From the human T2T-CHM13v2.0 reference genome, Homo sapiens: a DNA stretch of 64,000 nucleotides. The stretch lies in assembly GCF_009914755.1 (NCBI RefSeq), contig NC_060927.1; one strand, 5' to 3'. The position numbers and the translations under genes were made by a program. Below are positions 54,921 to 64,000 of the stretch, piece by piece. The notes beneath the pieces are model-generated. The model was given only the letters and a program-made list of their open reading frames with translations, had not been told where the DNA came from and did not search any database. Positions within the stretch are counted from its first letter, which is position 1, and the number at the start of each line of letters is the position of its first letter.

Positions 54921-55095
54921 GGTTATATCTTACTCATTTGATTCTTAAGTGTCCCATTTCAAGCTGGTTCCTGTGTCATTCAGACAGGTCCTCATTTTTT
55001 TTTTTAATCAGTTTTTATTTTCTGGCACAACAAAATGTTCCAGGCTTTTCTTGTCCTTTCCCTGCTCTGAAACTGCAATTAGTCATTGCTCTAAG

Positions 55096-55421
55096 CAGGG
55101 GTCCCCATCCCCAACCTCCAGGCTGCAGACTGGTACCAGTCTGTGGCCTGTTAGGAACTGGCTGCACGCTAGGAGGTGAGCAGCGGGCAGGGGAACCTAA
55201 CTGCCTGATCTCCGCCTCCTGTCAGGTCAGCTGCATTAGATTCTCATGGCAACATTAACCCTATTGTGAACTGCGCATACTCATTATGAGAATCTAACTA
55301 ATGCCTGATGATTTTAGATGGAACAGTTTCATCCTGAAACTATCCCCGCTCCCCTGCCACCGATGGAAAAATTGTCTTCTATGAAACCGGTCCCTGGTGC
55401 CAAAAAGGTTGGGGACCACTG
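55096..55421 (+). mobile_element. MER1B (hAT-Charlie)
   Basis: Terminal inverted repeats caggggtcccca ... ttggggaccactg; gaaaccggtccctggtgccaaaaagg; TSD-like ctctaag / ttctaag. Confidence 0.9.
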
Positions 55422-55803
55422 TTCTAAGGGCCCTTATTTTTAGTGGGGAATGCTATTTAGAAAGCAAGAGCTGGGCACTCAGTGTGTTCACTGCTGCTAG
55501 GAGTGTTATTGCTTGCAGGCCCTTTAAGAGGACAAGTAAGAATTATAAATATATATTGAGTCATGTCTTCCTATTGATACTTCTAATCTCCATCCAATAG
55601 CTCAGGCTCTTCCTTGCCTTTCCCCAGTCCACAGTTGTACTGCCCTCCTTCCACAGTGATAAGCCTGACTCCCCACAAAATAATACATTTACTTAATCCT
55701 ACAATGGATACAAAGTAATTTCAGAATTGTCCCACCAATAACACAACCAAGAACAAATGTATAAAGTTCAAGATTTCTTTCCAGTACTTCTGTTGTTTGA
55801 TTG

Positions 55804-55865
55804 AAGGCCATGCCCATCTGGGAAACCACCTAGGCAGGTACCTTCCAACCAAATTGAAGTCAAGG
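55804..55865 (+). repeat. 62-bp dispersed duplicate of 52935-52996
   Basis: 60/62 identity, same orientation, 2869 bp apart. Confidence 0.95.
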
Positions 55866-57129
55866 TACTGCATTCAAAATAACTTGAATCAGTATTTTTT
55901 TCCTATGTGTAATCATGTCATCCATTTGATATATAGTTAGGTTCATTTACTCTGTACTCAATTTCCCCCATCTTGTTATTTAATGTTATTTCGGAATATA
56001 CAAACCATGAACATGGTTTCAAACTCAAAACTATATAAAAAGGTATTCAGAGAAGTACTACATCACTGTCTTCCTTCCCTAACTCTTCTAATGCTATTCC
56101 CACCCTGTAGATGACCAATTTCATATCTTCTAGTTTATCCTTCCTGTGTATCCTTTTGCAAAAATAATCAGACACATAGATAAAGACATTTTTATTTCCC
56201 CTTCTTTCTACCTGAAATGCAGCATGCTATATATAGTCTTCCACATTTTGCTTTTTGCACTACCAATATCTTCTGGTGATCACTCCAATCCCGATTCACA
56301 GGGATCTTCCTCATCCTATTTTACAGCACACTACTGCATTAATGTATTATGGCTCATTCAAACAATCTCCTCATTACAACATAACCACGATGATGCTGCA
56401 CATATTATTATGAGAGAAGTTGAACATATTTTCATATACTTAAGGACCCTTTTTTATCAATTTTTGTGAACTTTCTAGGTCTTTGCTGCTTTTCTATCGG
56501 ATTTATGGTCTCTTTAGTCTCCTCAACGTGTAGTAACTTTCTATATATTAGCAATATTAGCATTTTATCAGAAATACATCTTGCAACTATTTCCTCCTGG
56601 TTTATTACGTGTGGTTTATGGTTTTTTGCCATGCCAAAGAGGATTTTGTTTAATTTCTAACTTTACACAATCAGATTTTACTACATCTGAAGTTTGAATT
56701 GTGAAAAACCTTTCCTTGTGCTTTTCCTTTTTGTTATAAAGCAATTTCTTATACTGGCTAATTTTTAAGTATCCCTCATTACACTATACATGGGAATGTA
56801 TGTAAGAAGAAAATCCTATTTGCCTACTGACCGCTGGGCAACTTCAAAACTGCATGACCTTTATTTCTGCAGGCCCTTCATTTCCTAGCTGCATCCCTTT
56901 CATTTTCCCTAACCCCAGGTTTCCTCAGCAGGCCAGCTTCACTAGAGAGCTGTAAACTAAACCTAAATTACTAAAGAACACATTACTCACTCATCATAAC
57001 CATAGGAATCTTTCTCTAGAGCAAATAAGAATTAGTAGTACAAATCTGTTTTATAATCACATACTTTCACAAAGCAAGAATCACCAATAGTATACTTTAT
57101 TGTCTCTCATTGATGGGTACATTTTCTCT

Positions 57130-57700
57130 TATTATTTTTATTATCAAATAATCCATGTTTATTTTAGGATAAAATTAAAACTACAGCTAGGCAAAAACAA
57201 ATCAAGATGTTGGAACTGTTAATATTTTAGGGCATATATGTAAACACACACCTATTTAAAAACTCTCTTCTTTTTATACCTATTAAAAAAACCCTCTGTT
57301 CTCTACTATACTTGCTATTTTGTAATCTGTTTCCATTTTCATTTAATATAAACATCTTTCCATGTTACTAAGTTGTCTGCAAAGGCATTTTAAAAGGCTA
57401 CATGGTATTATACTGTATAAAGACATAAAATATTGAACCAAATATTGTGCTCTTAGGATTTAAAAAAAATATCGTAAACAACTCTGAGAAAATTTACTCA
57501 GACACACACCTTCATGAATTTGTTCAAATGCTTCTTTAAGATAAATACCTAAATGTGGAATTGCAGGATTAAATAGTACACAAGATTTTCAGGGTTTTGA
57601 TATACGTGGTCAAGTTGCCACCAGCAGTGTATGGTGGGTTCCCTTTACCCACACTGAACCCACATTAGTGTTATCTTTCTCTGTAATCCTTTTTATCTCC
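57130..57700 (-). mobile_element. L1ME-type fragment
   Basis: ttctttaagataaatacctaaatgtggaattgcaggattaaatag...ccaccagcagtgtatg. Confidence 0.65.
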
Positions 57701-59455
57701 TGATTTAGCAAGACTAAACAACAGTGTAAAGTTCTGCAAAAGCACCAGATAAGCAAATTTAGAACAAAACGTTACTGATGTCTGCCCAAAACTCTGTAAA
57801 CCTGTTCCTAGGCTCTAAGCTGTCTATTGAAATGTCCTAAGAAACCATTTCACTCAGAGAAGAACATTTTTTTCACTCTTCCTGCACAGCTCAGTCTTTA
57901 CGATGTTAAAATCCTGTACAACTTCCTAACAGCCCTTCACATTCTTCAGGAGCCCGAGTTTGGTTCTGGTTATAAATGCATAGGATAGATCCCATACAGG
58001 AAGCATAGACCTAAGAAATTTATGGAAAGGAATTTATGGGAAAGCTTCTCTCATCAGGGCTGTACCAATTAAAAATCCATAAATAATTCTCCCTTGTCAG
58101 TTTCTGTATAAACACATTGGCCTTAGAAATTTTTACTTCAGGTTCTAGTCTAATGGCCTACATTTCTAAATTATGCTTTTAATTGAAAAACAATAACATG
58201 CATTTTTTTTCCAGAACCATCTGTGCTTTCCCAAGAACATGTAACTACTACAGATAAATCCGCTACTTTGAACACCCTAATTATCCAGTTTAGGGTTCCA
58301 AAAGCTTAGGAAAATAATGCCATTCCTGAAAAACAGTACGTGATCAGAAACACTTGCTTTAAAATTCGATATTTGGTGTGTGAAGCTTCTTAACAAGTGT
58401 TTATTAAACTGCATAATTTCAAAGCCTGGAGTGGTATATTGCAATGTTTTCCTCGGAGTTGATCACATTTGCATATCTTTTTACACTTCCTGTGAAATTA
58501 ATATTGCCTTTTGTATCTCGAACTTAGCTAATATAACTTGCCATTTTTACTTTTCACTGCTATGAGTAATATAAAGTGAACCCCCAAAGGGACCCCTGCA
58601 ACGCCTACATAAGCTTTATTCTCTCACTGTTGTATTTTTTCATATGAATATATTAAATCAAGATTAATAAACCTTTGCAGAATCCACTGGTCCTGCAAAA
58701 AGGCAAGATTCATAACGGTAAAGGCTGCTCAGCAAATAAAGGAAACCTGCTCCTAAAACTGGAGCCAAAGGCCGGGGTTCATGGAGCTCTTGTCACATCC
58801 AACAGTGTGCCAGAGACTCTTCACCTCACAAGAAGTCTTTCAACAGTCACTCAATAATATGTGCAAAAGTGGCTTAACCACCAGGATACCAAAACCCAGC
58901 CGGTGATTATCAGGCTGCCTTGGCTCAGGGATACATCTTTGTGAGATGCCAAAAACTGACCATAATCCCAGGATTTTAAAAATTTCAGCTGGGCTTATGG
59001 GGATGGAATGTGATAATAAAGAAACAGGATGGTAGGGGCTGAGGAAAAGTGGAACATGATGAGAGGCTCCTAAAAGCAAATCAAACACAGAAAAGGGAAA
59101 TCTCTCTGAACACTGCATACCGCACTGGGCACAGGAGTCCTCAGTTGAGCATCCCCCACTCATTGGGCCCCAGCAGCTACTTTGCCTAGCTAAGAATCTG
59201 CTCAAAGCTCAGGGAAACCTAAATGGCAATACAAAGAAAGAGTTGGGGGCAGCTTCAAGATAGCAGGCTACTGGTACAAATACTTTGTGAGGTCAGAAAG
59301 GCTCACTATCATGACTTGTACTGCTGTCATTGATTCTCCTACTTCAAGATCATCTCCAACTTGGTCAAGAGGCAGAGTAATGGGGATTCAGGGCCACAGT
59401 TAGGGTGCAGCAAATGAGGTACAAAATTTAAGTAGAACTAAAAACAACCTCAGTA

Positions 59456-59637
59456 GCCAGGTGTGGTGGCCATGCCTGAAGTCCTAGCTACATGGGAGGC
59501 TGAGATAGGAGGATCACTTGAGCCTAGGAGTTTGAGGCTATAGTGCACTATGATTATACCTGTGAATAGTCACTGTACTCCAGTCTGAGCTACATAGTGA
59601 GATGCCCATTTCAAAAGAAAAGAAAAAAAAAAGAAAA
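59456..59637 (+). mobile_element. FAM (fossil Alu monomer)
   Basis: Monomer retaining the 7SL-like segment cctgtgaatagtcactgtactccag; A tail; TSD cctcagta at 59448-59455 and 59640-59647. Confidence 0.8.
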
Positions 59638-59957
59638 ATCCTCAGTAATCAAGATAATAATACTTCAGTGCAATCTTTTTAGAAACCAAAAAAATCATGG
59701 TGAAGAAAACACAATTTTAAATAAATATTAATGCCCTGCCAACCATATTTGAGCCTGCATGGACACTTCTACCTACATTTTTAATATATTTTAAAAATTA
59801 ATTTTTTTGGAGAACCTTAAAGTCATTGAAGAAATACTGAAAAATTGGAAAGTAGGTATATTAAAACTTACAATATTAAATGTAAATATTTTATTTATAC
59901 TAAAATCAGAATTCATTATAATTTCACTTTCCTGACTCTAATGGGACAAAGTAATTT

Positions 59958-60287
<330 letters not shown>

Positions 60288-61166
60288 TAATTAAACAATT
60301 TACTTTCTTTAAATTAATTTTATTTTGTTTTTCCTTAGCTTTAGGCTCCAAAATGGCTTGGCACTGTACTAATCCTTATTTAAAACTTCAATGTTTTGTT
60401 CATCATGGATTTTTCTGGCATTTATTTGATTTTTGAAAAAAATGGAATTAAACTATTTGTCTTGATCACTAAGTATGTTGACATTCTCTTAAACTGTGCA
60501 TTACCTTGTTCCATCCAAATCAAAGTCAAGGATGTAGCCATCTCAGACAAATAACATAACAATGACTTTAAGTGTGGAAAGAAGCCTAAGATCTTTTATT
60601 AAGTGAAAGAAGTATGTGGCAGAATAATATGTATAGTATGGGCTCACTTGCACTTAAGAAAGGCCAGAAAAACATTTTAAAGAATAACTCTAAGTCATTA
60701 CACATCAAATAAACATTGACGGCAAAAGGTAAAAAGTGTAGTTACTGAAGCAAGAGTTTCTAAATCATGGTGCTGCAAAATAATACACTGGGTGTCCAAG
60801 TAGCAGTAACAACTAAGTATTACCCTCTGCTAACATCTGATATCTTTGAAAGATTGTCTCTACAATAATGTCATTCTCATTCACTTGTAGCTAGGTACTT
60901 TTTTTTTCTAGAGAAAGAGATGGGATTTCAGCATGTGTACTAGGATGACAAGCAAACACTGTAGGTTCAAGGAAGTTCATGGGCATCTCAACAATATGTG
61001 TGGTGGTGAAAAATACACTGAGAACCACTCATCTAGCTGCTACTGATCCTATTCCATAAGCTAGGAATACGTCATAAGTACTGTTTTGTCCTCGCGTTGG
61101 GGATTTTTGTTTTGTTTTGTTTTTTTGTACCTCCTCAGTATCCTCCTCTGTTAAGTAATAGCATTT

Positions 61167-61568
61167 TTGTTTGCTTTTTAGCCAGGTTTATGGAGGTATA
61201 ATTTAAAAATAGTAAAATTTACACTTTTAGTATATATTTATATGAATTCTGACAAATGCATATAGTTATATAACAAACACCACAATCAAGATACAGAACA
61301 TTTCTATCATCCCAAAAAGTTCCCATGTACTTTGCCATAGTCAATCTTTACCCTAATTCTCCAGCCTCTGGCAACTGCTGATTTGTTTTCCCTATAATTT
61401 TGCCTGTTCAAAAACATCATATAAATGCAATCATAAACCATTTATGTCTGACTTCTTAGTGTAAAGCATTTGAGATTCATCCATTTGATGCATATCTCAG
61501 TAATTTATGCCTTTTTATTGCTGAATGGCATCCTATTTTATGGATATACCACAGTTTATTTATCCATG
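61167..61568 (-). mobile_element. L1MB-type 3' fragment inserted into an MLT1K LTR
   Basis: tttatggaggtataattta...caccacaatcaagatacagaacatttctatcatccc; TSD gtaatagcattt (61155-61166) / gtaataggattt (61569-61580). Confidence 0.85.
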
Positions 61569-62055
61569 GTAATAGGATTTGGATTATGATTTCACAAATC
61601 ACCCATACTTCCTTTCAGGTCATGTGGTTTATAAAGGGCTGACCCGAAAGTTCCAGAGATGCCCATAGCCAGGCCTGATCAAATAACATATTCAGTCATC
61701 CTGATAATATGGATGGTTTAGAGCTGGGCACATGGTTTGATGTAACAATTTTCGATTCAAGACAACTGACAGAACTATTGGTAAGAAGTTACTGATGGTA
61801 TAATGGAAACTGTTTCTGGTAGCTATTGCACCACCACAAGGGAGCCCCAACTTGAGGATAATAAAGCCAACAGGAAGCAAAGTGCAACTAAGTGGATGAG
61901 ATACCTTCCTAACCTAGTTTGAGCACCTGGATCCAGACATGCCTAAAGATCTACCTGTAGACCTGTCAGTTACATGAACCTATAAAATTCCTTCTAGCCT
62001 AGGCCAATTTTGATTATATCCCTCATTCCTGAAACTAAAATCTCTTGACTCTACA
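61569..62055 (+). mobile_element. MLT1K-type MaLR LTR (3' part)
   Basis: catgtggttt...gggctgaccc...tttgagcacctggatccagacatgcctaaag...tcagttacatgaacctataaaattcc. Confidence 0.7.
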
Positions 62056-62119
62056 GCATAGAGAGAAATCTTTCATCAAGGAGGTTACAAGAGAGTCTTG
62101 GAAACAAGACACAAAAAAT

Positions 62120-62290
62120 GGTTTTGACATCAGACACCCCAACTTTACCACTTACTACTTCCTAAGTATACAATGTCAAGAATTCTCTTTACTCCTATAA
62201 ACCTGTATTTCCTCATTTCCAAAATGCAGAGAATAATTCCTTACCCATTCTAAAATATTATCTTGAGAATCAAAAAAACTAAGTTGGTTC
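62120..62290 (+). mobile_element. MIR fragment
   Basis: cctgtatttcctcatttccaaaatgcagagaataattccttacc resembles the MIR core. Confidence 0.6.
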
Positions 62291-62439
62291 AAATACAAAA
62301 GAAAAATAAAATGTATGATTATTATACACACAAAATAATTTGTATATGAAAAGGAGATATTAAGTGATGACGGTGAGAGAGAATCAAGAGGCATTATAAG
62401 GATCAATGCAGAACTCCAGTGCTTATATAAGGATCAATG

Positions 62440-62670
62440 AACAATAATTGTAACTAGAGGTATTTCTTGAGTATATTCTTGTGTTAGGCATTGTGTCAGG
62501 TATTTTACCTACATTATATCATTTAACATTCTAAATATCACTAAAGTAACTTTTTAAACCCATTTTTGATTAGGCTTAGAGAACATAAAATACTTTTTAA
62601 GTTAAAGTACTAACTGGCAGAGGCCAAATAAAGACCTAAATCTGGACCACTGAAACTAGTGCACACTTCT
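62440..62670 (-). mobile_element. MIR fragment
   Basis: ttcttgagtatattcttgtgttaggcattgtgtcaggtattttacctacattatatcatttaa. Confidence 0.65.
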
Positions 62671-63519
62671 AAGTTAGATGGAAGGCATGAAGCAAACACT
62701 TTGGAAATTAAAATTCAGTTATAAAAACCATCACAACACAATTAATTTAGCAACTACATTCCTTTATACATAATTGTGCCGAGTGCATCTAACTCATTAA
62801 GATGTAGAATGTTTATGCTGTCATATAATATTATCACATGGTAATAAATGAAGTTGCACTATATCTCTAAACATCTGGATTTCAGAGCCAATTTTACACA
62901 TTTAATTCAGCTATTTGGTGTCTTAAACACATAGCAAAAATACACAAGGAAAAAATGATTGTACATCTGGCATCAAGATGGCTCCAAGAATTGGACTGCC
63001 AATGAGGAAGTCAGGTTTTTCTAGCCTATATCCTCTGGAGGATAAATACCCAAAATAGTACTGTTTCCAAAGTAACCAAAATCAAGAAAGGAGACTCCAC
63101 AAAGGAAACAAGAATGAAAAAGACAGGCCTAGCCCTTTTCAAAAGCTGAGCCTTCCCTCCCAGGATCCAAGGTACTTAGGGTTTCTCATACCTGACAACC
63201 TATAAACGAGAAAGAGTATCACTTGTTTGTCCTTCCATTTCTCATTTTCCAGCTTTGGTGCTTATCAGGTTCTCCAGAGGTAGCAAATTTGTAAGACATT
63301 TCATCTATTTAGATTTTCATTTATTCATCCATCCTTTCAGTTACTCAGTGATGACTTCTATCTGCTGAGCCCTGCACTAATGATCCAAAATTCCCAATCT
63401 TCCTGCCTAGGAGAGATAGGGAGAGGTAGGGAATATGGCTTCTCCATTTTCTCCTTTTCCTTTAGTAACCAACCTCTACTGGAATTAATCCTTTGAGTTC
63501 AGCTGGGCCTTGAGATCCA

Positions 63520-63830
63520 ACATGATTTGTTTTAAAAATCAAGGCAACTATTAATGTAAAAACAAAACAATACAAGTATTAGGAGAAAACATGAGAGAAT
63601 TTCTGTACAACTAGATGTGGGGAAAGCCTTTCTAACTATAACTCAAATCCAAATGCAAAAAAAAAAGAAAAAAAAAAGATTGAGAATTTCAATTACCTGA
63701 AATTTTTTAAAATTTGCATAGCAAAAAATACCATAAGCAAAAATAAAAAATTAAGTGCATGATAGGAGAAAATATTTATAAAATATATCACAGATTAAGC
63801 TCCAATCACCCTAATATATATTTTAAAATT
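63520..63830 (+). mobile_element. Old L1M ORF2 3' fragment
   Basis: aagtattaggagaaaacatgagagaatttc...ggggaaagcctttctaac...gggagaaaatattt-like motifs. Confidence 0.65.
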
Positions 63831-63833
63831 CTT

Positions 63834-64000
63834 GGCCAGGCGCAGTGGCTCACGCCTGTACTTCCTAGCACTTTGGGAGGCTGAGGTGGGTGGATCACAA
63901 GGTCAGGAGTTCAAGACCAGCCTGGCCAAGATGGTGAAACCCCATCTCTACTAAAAATACAAAAATCAGCCAGGCACGGTGGCAGGCGCCTGTAATCCCA
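63834..64000 (+). mobile_element. AluSg-like, cut by the window end
   Basis: ggccaggcgcagtggctcacgcctgta...ggatcacaaggtcaggagttcaagaccagcctggccaagatgg. Confidence 0.92.

Larger units (their letters stand above)
53880..56720 (-). mobile_element. Old L1M (MC/ME-type) 3' region, fragmented
   Basis: Antisense L1M 3'UTR-like motifs (ttttagctgtcatgtctctttag; ttgaacatattttcatatacttaagg; tcttgcaactatttcctcc); boundaries approximate. Confidence 0.65.

Overview
Primate (human-like) non-coding genomic DNA, AT-rich and CpG-depleted, with no CpG island. I can support no protein-coding gene, tRNA, rRNA or CRISPR array. The ORF track is explained by Alu, L1, LTR, L2 and simple-repeat sequence or by chance. 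Interspersed repeats dominate: about 13 Alu/FLAM/FAM copies (many with readable target-site duplications, TSDs), many MIR and L2 fragments, about 12 solo LTRs (MLT1 types, MLT2B, THE1, MER34, LTR10) and hAT transposon fossils (MER20, MER3, MER1B, MER96B-like). A near full-length ~8.6 kb old L1MA (35904-44533) carries nested L1PA and Alu insertions. The most notable structures are: (i) a ~1.8 kb compound AT-rich VNTR at the end of an Alu tail (18654-20461) that contains a ~154-bp spacerless palindrome; (ii) an LTR10A/F solo LTR with an AP-1 motif repeat (48112-48642); (iii) a 62-bp apparently templated copy of 52935-52996 at 55804-55865 with AAGG microhomology; and (iv) several micro-duplications and motif palindromes. 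An unverified recollection places the window at human 13q13.1 (EEF1DP3, RXFP2-FRY interval). Repeat subfamily names are from remembered consensus sequences, not from a RepeatMasker run. I found no convincing novel biological system; the exon and enhancer ideas below are speculative.
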